The notes under the pieces are model-generated. The model searched no databases. It saw only the letters and a list, made by a program, of their open reading frames with translations, and was not told where the DNA came from. The translations under genes and the position numbers were made by a program. A stretch of 64,000 nucleotides of DNA from Lingula anatina. Taxonomy: Eukaryota > Animalia > Brachiopoda. Where the stretch lies: positions 12,028,001 to 12,092,000 of the forward strand of contig CM120641.1 of the NCBI GenBank assembly GCA_051362555.1, given 5' to 3'. Numbering within the stretch: the stretch's first letter is position 1; each line of letters opens with the position of its first letter. This document shows, piece after piece, positions 26,101-39,500 of the stretch.

Positions 26101-29100
26101 ACCTTTTGTTCATCTCACTATGTAGAACTTGTCAAGTGCAATACTGGAGGTGGTGTCCATTTTTTTGTTTTCGATATGGTTTAGGCATTGCGCTATATCA
26201 AAAATTACAACATCGCAATATGTAGTGGGAAAAATGTTAAATATTCCAAAATTGGCAGAGATAAGCCCATAGGTACTATTGAACTTGAATAGGAAGTTAT
26301 ATACAAGTAATCTAACTGTGACCTTTAAATTGACCTTTGACCTACTTTTCACCATGAACTGAACTTTGCAAATTTTCTAGCCCTTATATCTCCAAAACTG
26401 GCAGAGATACACCCATAGTTACTATTGAACTTGAATAGGAAGTTATATACTGATAATCTAACTGTGACTTTTTAATTGACCTTTGACATACTTTTCACCA
26501 TGAACTGAACTTTGCAAATTTTCCAGCCCTTATATCTCCAAAACTGGCAGAGATACACCCATAGTTACTGTTGAACTTGAATAGGAAGTCATATACTGGC
26601 ATTCTTATTGTGACCTTGAAATTGACCTTTGACCTACTTTTCAACATGAACTGAACTTTGCAAATTTTCTATCCCTTATATCTCGAAAACTGGCAGAAAT
26701 AGGTCCAAAGTTACTATTGAACTTGAATAGGAAGTCATATACTGGCAATCTTACTGTGACCTTGAAATTGACCTTTGACCTACTATTTATGATGAACTGC
26801 ACTTTGCATGTTTCCTGGCCTTCATATCTCCAACATTGGCAAAGAAATGCCCATAGCTACTATTGAACTTATATAGGAAGTCATATACTGTGACCTTGAA
26901 ATTGACCTTTGACCTACTTTTTTTACCTCAAACTGAACTCTGCATATTTTCTTGCCCTTCATATCTTCAAAACTAGCAGAGATCTGCCCAGTGTTGTCCC
27001 TAGGTTTTCTCTTTTGTCAGCATCCGGTATATGCATTACTGATAATGCATTTCAAGGAAAACCAATAGGCCTATTGTCTAGAAAATCACAGGAGTGATCA
27101 GTGTTAGGAAAATACAGGTTAATTTGGACATCTCCTTGATTGGACCATTTTAACTGTTATGTTTTTTTTATTTATTTTTTTTTTTTTTCATATTTTGAGA
27201 ACTCTTGTTTATTGCATTTTATAGAGCTTGTCAAGCACAAGACTGGTGGTGGTGTCCAATTTTTTTTTTTTTTGGGGGGGGGGTCCATACGAATGCGCTT
27301 ACTCCAGCTGGTGGTACAATATCCAGAGGCGGTATCGCCTCTCTGATCCTCTAGTTGTATCTGGTTTTCTTTGTGTAAAATAAGAACAGATGGGCTAGAG
27401 GCAAGTTTTCAGAAAAGAGCTATTTTCTTGCACACCATTTTTAGCCAAAACCATAGTTCGATAGAAAATAAAAACTTGTTTTCAATTACCAAACTGAAAT
27501 CAGTTAACATATTTTCAATCGCGTCTTTTTTTTTTTTTTCAAAAAAGTTTATTAGATTTGTGAAAAAGTACTTATACAAAAATTTTTAAAAATGTGAAAA
27601 CGCACACAAAAAAGAAAAATTCAAACTTGCCCAAACCTAGAAGCTCACAAAGGGAAACTTTGTGTTTTCATTTTTGGTTTATTTTATTTACAAAAAGATA
27701 TCTTTAAGACTTCTTTTTAAGACTTGATAATTTTCTTATCACTTTTAGTATTGTTAGAGAACATGGATTGTTTCATAATATGTGCAATGAGGGCCAGGTG
27801 TTTTAATGTTGTGTTCCTTTTTCTATGCTAGTTCTGCAAAGAGCGTAGTGATGGAAGAATCCAGCACTCAGACGGAGATGGACCTAAATCATGACAGGGT
27901 AGGTTATAATTGATCAGAAAAATAAAGGTTTTGAAATATTAGCATAAAAAATTACTCAGTTTTATTTTGTGTTTCCAAAATCATAATTGATCAGAAAAAT
28001 AAAGGTTTTGAAATATTAGCTTAAAAATTACTCAGTTTTATTTTGTGATTCCAAAATCAATCAAAAACAAATTCCAGACCCATAATGCAGTTTATTTATT
28101 TTGTTGAATTCCAGATTCGTAAGAAAAAGCGCAAATTTCGGGACCACTATGATGGCTTAGCCGCAGAAGTTGGAAAAATATGTGATGACAGTGTGATTGC
28201 CAAAGCTGCCAAGAAACCAATGACAGCCTCTGAGTCAGACTCTGAAGATGCCACTTGCTCAGTGCCGTTGCAGGCCCCTGGGTCTCCTAGGTTCTTCCCT
28301 GGGGAGCCAGGAGACCAACAACCCCCAGCCTGGTTCCATGGATACATGAAAATGGTAAGAAAACCTCGTGATTCAATTGCTGTGCTGCTTTGAAATGAAG
28401 TTGAAAGAGGTTGTTGTGAATTTTTCTTGCTATATGTAAATTTGTCATATTGGATAAATTGAAAATGAAAGTCCTTGATGCTTTCCTCTGTTTCATTTTG
28501 AGTGAAAAAACGATGAGAAAGCACAATTTGTAAATTAAAAGTTGGTAAAGTGAGTTAATGTGTTACTTCTTTTGATTTAGTTCAAGAATGCAGTGGTTAC
28601 AGAAGTGACCCGTAAAGTAACTCGTAGAGTAATGAACCAGGTAAAGCGTACCTTGAAGCAGGGAGACCAGAACACTACAGATTCTGAACAGCAGGACACC
28701 CAGTCAGGTATACCAGGTGTTCACTTTAAAAAGCATACATATAGCACTGAGTGTTTATATCCAACTTCTTGCATTGATTGTCTGCCTCAGGAATTGTGAA
28801 CTTTTACCATGACACAAAAGCTGAGTTATTTGAAAGACTTAGTAGTTAGTACTGTGCCATGATCCTTGTGTGTGCGTGCATGCATTTGTACATGCATGTG
28901 TTACTGAAGCCAGTTATTTGAAAAATATTCAGTGGTGCATTTATTTTTTTTGACATCCAAGTTGAAAAATGGTCACTCTAAAAGCTATGTAAAAATTATC
29001 TTGTGCAAATTTGAAAGTTTCATTTAATATTCAGATTAGTTGGTTATGTTGTAGCTATTACTGCACACTGTGTGTACATACTTTCAGGAGTGAGCCACTT

Positions 29101-32100
29101 TCCCATGGGAGGAGATGAAGGAGAAGGAGAAGAAGACCTCACCACAGTGCTGAGTGCTTTTGAGAGCATCAGGCCCAGGTAAGTGTTAGTGCACAAAGTG
29201 ACCATAAAAATCAGACCCATTCCAGTGGAGACTACATGACGTAACACAAAGGTCTTTTCAGCCAAGACCTTTTTACTGAGAAATTGTGGAGTTCTGTGAT
29301 TTTTAATTCAGTTCTTCATGTAGTCCCGGATTCGAGGTCGATAAGCGTAACTGCCATGATAAATATTTTTTTCCCCAAAAATCCAGGCTCATGTTTGTCT
29401 TTTAGTTTATGAGAACTAGTAGTAATTAACATTTGTATGTGGCAGAGGCTGGGAGAGGAAGTGGTTGTGGGGACAATATACTTGTAGTTTGCATTCTGGT
29501 GGTACATTAATGGTGGCCAACATAAAATAGACATCTGTATAAGACCAACCTTTCTTGTGCCCAACTTTAGTGGATGTGATAGGATATAAGACCAAACCTG
29601 CCTATGTTACATAAGTTTCTGGTCTACTATTGTTCTGGTAGTGTGTACTGGCACTGGTTCCTTTTGACCAGATGTGAGATATTTATGGTCATAATACATA
29701 CATGACTAAAAGTGATTAATGGTGAAAAGTCTATGTTGCTTACTTGCTGCATAAAGGGACAGCAAAATCTAACATGGTGATGGTCTTTCTCTTAGTTCCT
29801 TAAAGGACACTGCAAAAAATAAGTGAAATAGGGCAACTGATGTAAATACTGAGCACATTTTTTCTAATTAATTTTTTTGGGGGTAATTCTCAAAGTAAAG
29901 TTAGTAAACAAAAATAGGAAGTTGTTACCCACATGCGAGTCATTAGGAGAATGAAATGACAGCATCTTGTTAATAATTAAACAGATAAATAGTAATTCTC
30001 TTATATCAGTAGCAGTGTGGCATGCTATTTTAATGATTTATTGCTGTCCTTAGATTGCATTACTATATTTAACTCTGTGTAGCATGGGATGTTGACTCAT
30101 CAGTATCAGATGAAAGTGAACAGTTTGTAAACATTTCTGATTAGTTGCATATTGACTTGACAGTATTTTAAGATGAAATGAGATGAGGACTATTAAATAC
30201 GACTTAGATTAGGGTATGTCATCGTTCCTAATATTCATTAGATAGTCTTTCTTATAAGCTTAATATAATAAGTCACAAAGTTAAGTTAGTCAGGACAAAT
30301 ATGTTTTCTTAATTCAGGTTGAGAAGTTCAAGACTTGCCAAAAGATTGGAAAAATTCAAACAAAAGGAGCTTCGACGTCTGCAGAAACGCAAGAGGCGTG
30401 TTGAACGCATGCATCGTGGAAGTGACGTGCCAGAGGAAAGAGAGTCTGCTTGTAAACGCGAACGCCTGGATTTACCGCAGTTCAGAAGACAGTTGTAAGT
30501 CCATAATTTTAACATTTTCATTAATTGCTAACTTCTGTTATAAACTGTGAAAGCATTTGACCTTATGATACCACAATGTGTCAGACATCTCAGTAGTTTT
30601 GAATTTTCATATATTTTTTATAACAGTCTGCCATTGGAAGGTTAGTTTCTGATTGGATGATGATATCATAAAAAAAAAAGGTGCACATCATTTTATACAT
30701 GTTTTATTTGGTGTTTGTAAAAACGCACTTGATACTAATGTATCATTTGCCTTTTTTACTCCAAACAGGAGCAATATGATGAGCATTATCTATGTTTCTT
30801 TATGTTTCTGATTTCAGCAAAATGGACTGCCAGTTTGTGAGTGATGAGACCATCCCTGATGACACCATTCTGTCTCCAGGGACCAAGTTTGTGAAGAAGT
30901 GGAAAGTCAAGAACACAGGGAATGGGAGCTGGACTCGCAACACCAAGGTAATAATATGGAGAATCTGCAGCTTTTTAAAAGACCTTTAACCAAGATTTTT
31001 GCAGGGCATGTGAGTTTTCTGAGACACTTGGAGTGGATCTTTTGTGTTAGTGTAATGAGTATAATATTATATAGATTGGAATAGGCCATTGTAGGTTACA
31101 TCATATTATGTGTCTTTTGATAATATCAACAATAAAAATATTTTGTATCTTCGTTTCAGCTGTTTTTAATTTGGGGCAGCATTCCAGCTGTAAGCTCTGA
31201 AGTGGCAGTGCCTCCAGTACAGCCTGGGGAAGAAGGGCTGCTCACAGTGGAACTCGTTGCCCCTGAAACCCCAGGTTAGTAGAACTGTTGAAGGCCTTGC
31301 ATGTCTTGACACTTATTCCTTACTGTCAGCCAATTTTAAAATGGACAGTGGCATCCAGTACTTTGCCTTTTATGAAAACTTGTTATGCATATGCAAAGAA
31401 AACTAGATGGTTGTTGAAATAACCTGTTTTATGATTTCCTTGATAATCACTCATGTTCAGAGTTATTGAAATGGGAATGATGATCATTCCAGGCAATTAC
31501 CAGTCTCACTGGCGCCTCCAGCATGATGGTGTGAGGTTTGGGCACCGAGTCTGGTGTAGTATTATGGTAAAGGAGAGAGAGATCCTAGAGACCAACACCC
31601 AGTGTACACACAATGGTGTGAGAATACCAGTAAGTAGAATAATACACTTCCAGGGCAGCATAAGACATATCCAGATTAGAATACAATACAGATCAATTTT
31701 CTAATGTTTTTGTGACAGTAATAAGTGACACTAACTTGGGAACAAAAGTATTAGTGAAACAGCTACGTTTCACTCTCGTTACCCGTCAGCCTGTTTGCAT
31801 TCATTGTGACAAGACTTGCTCCATATGCAGCACCAATTAACACTGATGTCTTCTTTTCAGTCCTTGGTGAAGGCTTGTACCTCTGTGTGTGGACCAGACC
31901 AGGGAGCAGGCACAGAGAATGTGACCCCTGAACCAAGCCCTGCCCACATCCCTGTGACCCTGGCACCCATCCAGTTGCCTTGTATCGAGACCCTTAACAT
32001 CCAGGATGATTTGCAGGAACAAGACCAGAATAACAATGAGGCACCAGGTAGTTATTGTACCTCTGAAACCATGTTCAGAGCAGTTTGAAGAGAATATGCT

Positions 32101-34255
32101 TTACTTATAACTTCAGAGGATAATTGCTACATTGTCACCCACCATTCCCGACCCCTGTTATAGTCTCTCTTTGATCCCTGAGCAAAATAGCCAGCAAGAT
32201 TTATGAGGAGAATTGTAATCTGATATGCGTTTTGGCAAGGAGACAGATTTCTAACTGAGAGGGTTTTATGTCCAAGATGTATAGAGCCATTTTTGGTCTT
32301 AGACTTGTGGTGAATGCGAACAATTAATGTAACCTGTAAATTGATACATAAGTGTCTACATTTAATCAAATGAAAAGAGTGAAAGAAAGAGATATGGTTA
32401 TTTAGTAAAATGTCAGATATAAGGGATAAGAAGTAATCAAAACAAGTCCTTTTCTTGGATTAAAACATTGTTTTCACCATGTGGCCTTTGCATCATTTCA
32501 GATGTGGTTGATGTGATTGCCTTGGACAGCTTTAGTGAGTGTTCTGATGGTTCTAGCTCTCTGGATGATTTCTACATGGTTCCACTCCCTGCCTGCTTTG
32601 ACACCTCGGTTCCACTGGACAAATCTATCTCTGGGGCAAGTTTGGCAGGTAAATGAGAATATGATTTTTAAGGGGTGGTCAGTTACTTACTTACATTATT
32701 GCTAAAGAATACAGAAATGAGAGTGATCAAGATTAGCGAGAACTATTTGTTATTACGGTGCATCATCTTCCTATTCCTAGGTGAAATCACCAGCCCCAGT
32801 GCTCGTCTTATTTGTCTGAGTTCAGAAGAAGAAGAGGAGGAAGAAGGTGCAGCAGCCCTGCCTAGCTCTGAGCTAGATGTCCAGGTGATAAGCTGCACCC
32901 AGGGGATGGCAGCCCTGAGCAGCAGAGATTCCAGTGAAGAAAGCACAGATGATACAACTGGTCAGGGTGCCAGTGACCTGCAGCCTGCTGTCAGTGAAGA
33001 GTCTTCTTCCCAGGGTGGTGACAGTCCCAGTGTAAAAGACACCAGGTCTGGGATTACCCGTAAAGATTCCAACCCTTTTAAACTTGGTGTTGATGTCCCT
33101 GGGTATGCATGCCGACAGGATACTGATGTTCCACCTAGTGCAGAAGCAACTGAAAAAGTTGAAGTACCACCACCACCACAAGATGATGATGATTCTTCTC
33201 AGCATGGTGAAGATGCCACTCAGAGGAAAGAGGAATTGTCAAGTGAGGGCGCTGCTGCAGCAGGGGGTGCCCCCAGAAGAATGAGCAGAAGACAGAGACA
33301 GGCAAGGTATGGTAAATGCAAAGTATAGTCTGTCACATATATATTTGGTTTGTGCTCCTTAACAGCAGAGGAAAATTTAAATTTGTATTTTTGGAGAAAA
33401 AGTGTAAATAAAGGTTTTTGAAAAAAGAAAATCAAATTAGATGAAATAATGCTGAAGACAGAGAATGTATGTAGAATGTACTTTTAATTTTCAGTAAAAT
33501 TGGAGGAAAACATGAGTAGAATGCATTTGTAACAATATGTTTGTTGCTGGTGAATTTTTCAGCCTTACTGAAATAGCCAGCAATCTTAGTGAAGCAGCCA
33601 TAGAGTTGGCAGCCAAGACTGCAACCCAGGCATATACCACAGCTAGAGAAGTATTTTTTACATGGCAAGGAAAGAATGCTAAGCCAGTGAGTGGGACTTC
33701 TTTATTTTGTTATCTCTCATGTGAGGAAAGAAAATCGGGATCAATATAGATTTTGGTTTAATTTTTTATCAGTTTTAAAGTTATCAAATCTCTTTAATTT
33801 TGTTTCTGTGTAATTATCTTGTGTAATTTAGAAAATGATTTTCTATTTAGGGAACTGGCCAGTCTTTTGCTGCTGAGTGGACACCACAAGAAAATGACTA
33901 CACTCCTCCAAAGAATGACTACACTCCCCCACAGAATGACTACACTCTCCCGAAGGGTGACTACACTCCCCCACAGAATGACTACACTCCCCCGCAGGAT
34001 GACTACACTCCCCCGCAGGATGACTACACTCCTCCACAGAATGACTACAGTCCACCTGAAAGTGATTACACTCCCCCAGCATCAACTTGGACACCCCCAC
34101 CAGAATGGACTCCCCCTAAACCCAGCACACCCATGGATCAGTTGATTAACATGGGTTTTGGGAATAGAGCACAGAATCAATACTTGTTAGAGAAACACAG
34201 TTATGACGTGCAAAAAGTGGTAGAGGAATTGGTGAATGATGCCAATGCCTGGTAA
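23184..34255 (+). CDS. NBR1: NBR1-like selective autophagy receptor (PB1, coiled coil, FW domain, LIR, UBA); about 17 exons
   Basis: PB1 acidic motif IKLTYLDEEKEEVHIDSQEELHEALK (exons 24750-24821, 25026-25067); PPAWFHGYMKMFKNAVVTEV (28115-28354, 28581-28707); FW domain FVSDETIPDDTILSPGTKFVKKWKVKNTGNGSW...GNYQSHWRLQHDGVRFGHRVWCSIMV (30818-30947, 31160-31274, 31493-31629); LIR DDFYMVPLPACFDTSVPL (32502-32648); UBA MDQLINMGFGNRAQNQYLLEKHSYDVQKVVEEL in the last exon 33851-34255. Confidence 0.92.
23770..24570. mobile_element. Older palindromic MITE interrupted by the 23795-24351 element
   Basis: 24355-24420 pairs with about 24475-24546. The outermost arm TATAAACGGAT (about 23770) pairs with ATCTGTTTATA (about 24559-24569) only if the younger MITE is removed. 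Confidence 0.65.
23795..24351. mobile_element. Young MITE with about 165-bp near-perfect TIRs and TAA target duplication (PIF/Harbinger Tourist-like)
   Basis: 23795-23957 is the reverse complement of about 24189-24351 with only a few mismatches; TAA flanks both ends (23792-23794 and 24352-24354). Confidence 0.88.
25451..27354 (+). mobile_element. Helentron-associated/DINE-1-like element, family B, copy 1 (NBR1 intron)
   Basis: After TTTTT comes hairpin AGTACCACCAGC-GTATAT-GCTGGCGGTACT, GGCTCCTGC/GGCTCCGCC 9-mer repeats and a 146-bp tandem core. The 3' end has subTIR GCTGGTGGTAC, hairpin AGAGGCG-GTAT-CGCCTCT and CTAG|TT. Confidence 0.85.
26250..26990 (+). repeat. About 146-bp satellite, about 5 units
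   Basis: GGCAGAGATA..CCATAGTTACTATTGAACTTGAATAGGAAG recurs at about 26254, 26400, 26545, 26692 and 26838. Confidence 0.9.
27905..28057. repeat. Intronic direct duplication (about 77 bp x2)
   Basis: ATAATTGATCAGAAAAATAAAGGTTTTGAAATATTAGC...TCCAAAATC is repeated in tandem. Confidence 0.85.
33893..34090 (+). repeat. Coding 21-bp minisatellite encoding (N/D)DYTPPQ heptads in the last NBR1 exon
   Basis: GACTACACTCCCCCACAGAAT-type unit, nine copies, in the frame that runs into the UBA domain. Confidence 0.9.
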
Positions 34256-36593
34256 TAGATAAATCGGATGTGCAATGTGCCCTTGGCATGGAACTTGAGT
34301 GTTTATCCCCTGTATTGGATATGAGATTTATCTAAAACAAAACCCTTATTATTCTAGATTTACTATTAAACACTTATTCCAAAGCTGAACGAGAAATAAA
34401 CAACTGAACACTTATGTTAGTTGCTTATCCAGGTAATCAGTGTTGCTTATAACCACAGGTCATTTTATAAGATGGCCTTAAGTCTGTGTGAATAGTGGGT
34501 GGTTGCTATTCCAAGCAGCGGTGAAATGTACACTATATGATAATGGTTGTTAAGTAGAATTCTTTTAGTAGATTTCTTTTTAGATCATGTGTATGTTGTA
34601 ATTATTGCCTAAATTGAAACAGAGCATTATACAATATTAAGTTGTTTCAAGTTTGGTAATGTTTCTCTTTGAGGAGTTCCAAATAATTCCAATGATGTGT
34701 TTCTAAGTTAATAAGCAATAATGTGCATCTCACACTTGGATAAAAAAGTTGGTTTGTTGAAAACACCTATCATATAGGAGTTGTTACACATTTTTCACAA
34801 TGGCAAGTTGACTGAACTTTGACAGTTTTGAGATTTTTAATTTATACTTTCAACAACCATTTTGCTAGAAAGTAATGTTTATATTGATTTGTAAATTTTC
34901 TTTGTTGTATATCTAAGGTGGAACTAATAGCAGTTTTCCAGCAAAGAAACAAGTTAAAATATATGTACTTGATAATTTATCAAAATAAAACTTAAGGTTA
35001 ATTGGGGAAAGGACAACAGAGTAAGTTTGTGCATTTTAACTTATGCAGTACAATTAATCATTTTGTTTATGTAGAACAAGTTGTGAAATTTATTGGAGGA
35101 AATGAAGATGGTGAAGGTTTGTGTGATAGCTTGTATGATTTCTCATTTTCTCTTGTACATAATCGTACAAAAACATTAACATTGCATGGAGTGGAAGTTG
35201 GCAAGTATGCTTGGGACATGTAGGCTTGAATGGAGAATAAAACTTGAAAATTCTTCTGTTTTTTTTTAAATATATAATCTAGATGTAAGTTGATATGTAA
35301 ATTCAATGATGTGAAAGAAAGAACTTAATATAAGCTTTTTTTTTCATCTGACAATAGAAATGACTGATGATGTGAAATAATCAAGTTGGTATTACCACAA
35401 AATTTATTTTCCACAGAAAAGAAAAAAAATCCAACAAGAACAAAATAAAACAAACCATTAATACACTGAAAATAGAACAGTTCTTTTTATAACAAATGAT
35501 TACCAGCTAAAATCTTGGTTGTCTTAAATGTAAATGTGTGCATCAGTTTTCCAAAAAAAAAAAGAAGTTGATATGATTGACAAAACTGCTCATGGAAGAA
35601 ACATGCATAGAAAATGTAAATATATCATATTGCTACTTGCTAATGTAAATGCTTTGACCAGTGAGCTTCTAGGTTTGATTTGTGAATGCCTAACATCTAC
35701 AATATTTCACATGAGATTACAGAAAAGAAGTTGCCTACATTTTCCAAACTCAAACATCCAGTTACAAATGTCTTCACAAAATAATGGTGTTTTTAAAGCA
35801 AAGTTGCAATCTAACAGCAAGGGCTGAATGCTGGTTAGGATCATCTCTCCAGTCCTATATATATGACACAAAAGACACTAAAAAAGATGCCATATCACAT
35901 ACACCTCAAAATGAAACTGCAAGAGATACAGTCAATAGCTCTTGTCTTCAAACTTCCTTGGGATTCAGTGTCTACTTTCAGAACTGCTACAGTAAAACCC
36001 ACTAAATATCACATTCTTATCAGTAAATGGAACCCGTTTCCATGTAACACCCTAGTTAAACTTTTATATTAAAATATTCCTCCTAATTAGTGTCATATTT
36101 AATTTAAGTCCTCCAATGAGAACACGTGGGCTACCAGCGGCCCATGTTGCTTGCCAAGCCAATGGCAGCCAGCACTGGAGCAGTGTAGTAATGGGTTACC
36201 TAAGCTACCATTTCATTCTGTCTAAACCCCATGTAATAGTTTTTAAAGAAGATGGCAGCAACATTTATAACACTTAGTGGTAGATTTGCTAGAACCCTTC
36301 TGATTAAAGACATTTCATATTGGTTAATAAATAGAAGTTAAAAACACTCACATGCAATATATATAAGTGAACAGTGGAAGTAATCCAATTCTATATCCAT
36401 TGCATTATTTACTAACCAGCATCACCAGGCTCCCGCCACCTATTTCCATTATAAAAATCCATCTATAATTAATGTCCTGGGCAGCTGGTTAAATAGTTCA
36501 CAGATTTGGGACATTGGGTTAAAATTCAACTCGACAGGAGAGGTGCTTGAGCACCTCTAAAATACTGATTATCTGTCTTGTAGGTGCACCAGA

Positions 36594-39500
36594 TCACAGG
36601 ATTCTTTTGAGAATTGAATTACAAATATCAACTGTCTCATCATTAACCAGGACAATGTCAAACAATCCTTTGTAGGTTTCAAGTCTTTCTTCAATCTGGA
36701 ATACAGAAAAAAATAACATTACACTAGATCTGCAAAAATTATGAAAAATGTGATATATTATGAAAAAAAAAAAAATCACACAACATAATATTTTACTCAT
36801 CAGAATCACAGTCAAAATTACTGGAACTATACCTGAACATACCGGTAAGTATGTTTTGTTGAAGGTGAACAGAGTAACAACATCATATAGTCAAAAAATA
36901 TATCAGGCACAAACTAACTTCTTGATACCAAATGCAAATTTTATTTCGATGACCCCAGTGACATTTAAGTGCAGTTCATGGTAAACAATGTACCAAGTCA
37001 TCCAAGAGCTCTATGAGAGGCCCTGGAGGGGGGGGGGGGGGTTGGCTTACACTCTTTACAACACTATAGATAGTAACAAAACCATAGCAGATTACTCACA
37101 TTAGTATTGAGGAAGCCAATATTCAACTTGCATGGTTCCACGTCATCTGTAGTGGCACCATCTGCCATGTGTAGGTCACCAATAGAGTCGCCCATTAGAA
37201 TAACATTAGGTCTATGGCTTAGATTCTCAAAGTAGTCAGAATTGTGGATGGCATTTTCATTCTTATTGAAAACATGGATCATTTCTCCTTTGAAACCAAC
37301 ACAAACACCCTAAGTGGTCAAGAAAATGGTTCATAACCATTAACATCTTGCCTAATGTGGGACTACTAGTATTTCCCTTTTCTTTCAATACACTGTCAAT
37401 TTAAAACGCAAACACTTATGTATGTTGCAAGCTTTTTTTTTTTTTTTAATTCTTCCAGTTGTAGAAATGTTCGGGCTCATTAAAAAAGTTCAAGTTAAAA
37501 TACCTTTTCAAAATGTTTACAATGTTCAAAATAAAAGGATCTTGTGCGACTAATTTTGCCCTACCTGGTGATTAAAGTCCATATAATTAGAGACAATTTT
37601 GATGTTTTCATGTAGAGTAGACTGCTGCTGTACAATCTCCTCTATGATGTCCCCTAGACCTGCAGAGAATATTAGTAGTGGAACCTGGTGCTTGTGCAGC
37701 TGATTAAACATCCATGTACATCCATCCCTAAAGAAATAATACATCATACTTACTAAAAGCTATTCCATAACCATTTGTCACCAGCAAGAGCAGTATCATA
37801 CAAATTTAACTGAGCTTTTATTCAATTGCTACCCACAATTTCTGGGTAAATTTTTAATTAGTTCTCATAAATTCTCAACAATTCTATTAATTTGAACAAA
37901 TAGCCTGCATCTAAATCCTGGATATAAACATAACAAATAAAAGCATTATCAAATTAACATTATCAAAATAAAGTCAATATCATTTTTACCTAGAAAAGTA
38001 CTCAGAGAGTGTAATCCTGCCCAGACAAACAAATAAGTAATAAATTACCATTAATTAACTAGAGGATCAGAGAGGCGATACCGCCTCCGAATATTGTACC
38101 ACCAGCTGGAGCAAGCGCATTCGTATGTACCCCCACATACACAAAATAAGGGACACAGCCCCCAGTCTTGTGCTTGACAAGCTGTAAACATGCAATCAAC
38201 AAGAATTTTCAATATATGCAAAAAATATATGAAACTAAAAATGGTACAATCAAATTTAAGTTCATTGTAAGGTAGGTGAAAGCTCATTTTCAAGGTCACA
38301 GTAAATTGCCAGTATATGACTTCCTATTCAAGTTCAATAGTAACTATGGACCTATCTCTGCCAGGTTTGGAGTTAAAAGAGAAAGAAATTAGCAGAGTTC
38401 AGTTCATGATAATAAGTAGATCAAAGGTCAATTTCAAGGTCACACTTAGATTGCCAGTATATGACTTCCTATTCAATTTCAATAGTAACTATGGACCTAT
38501 CTCGCTAGTTTTGGAGATAAAAGGGAAGCAAAATTTGCAAAGTTCAGTTCATGGTGAAAAGTAGGTCAAAGGTCAATTTCAAGGTCACACTTAGATTGCC
38601 AGTATATGACTTCCTATTCAAGTTCAATAATAACTATGGACCCATCTCTGCCAGTTTTAGAGATAAAAGGGAAGCAAAATTTGCAAAATTCAGTTCATGG
38701 TGAAAAGTAGGTCAAAGGTCAATTTCAAGGTCACAGTAAGATTGCCAGTATTTGACTTCCTATTCAAGTTCAATAGTAACTATGGACCTATCTCTGCCAG
38801 TTTTGGAGATAAAAGGGAAGCAAAATTTGCAAAGTTCAGTTCATGGTGAAAAATAGGTCAAATGTCAATTTCAAGGTCAAAGTAAGATTGCCAGTATATG
38901 ACTTTCTATTCAAGTTCAATAGTAACTATGGACCTATCTCTGCCAGTTTTGCAGATAAAAGGGACTAAATGTTATAATTTTGGAGTTACCATAATGTGCC
39001 ATAAATTTCCTACAGAAAAAAATTAATTAAAATAAAGAAAAGGTCATTTTGGTCAAAATTTTTGGAATGGGAGATGCTCTGAAGTTCCAGGTGTTCAAAT
39101 TTCATGAAATAATGTCATTTTTGACCACAAGTTGTCTGCTTTGCCAAGCCTAATGTATTATTTTTCCGGAGTTCAAAATTTATTATCCATTACCGTACTG
39201 CACATTTTGCTTTCACCACCAATATGTATTTTTTGATACAGCATAACTTTAGAGATAAAAGGGAAGCAAAATTTGCAAAGTTCAGTTCATAGTGAAAAGT
39301 AGGTCAAAGGTCAATTTTAAGGTCACATTTAGATTGCCAGTATATGACTTCCTATTCAAGTTCAATAGTAACTATGGACCTATCTCTGCCAGTTTTGGAG
39401 ATAAAAGGGAAGCAAAATTTGCAAAGTTCAGTTCATGGTGAAAAGTAGGTCAAAGGTCAATTTTAAGGTCACATTTAGATTGCCAGTATATGACTTCCCA

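Noticed and set aside
28708-28799. ECLYPTSCIDC as a ZZ-finger remnant
   Set aside because: It lies past a good donor site, ends in a stop and lacks ZZ cysteine/histidine spacing.
33819-34145. ORFs encoding RMTTLP or ECSH repeats
   Set aside because: Alternative frames of the NBR1 minisatellite; the spliced frame leading to the UBA domain gives DYTPPQN.
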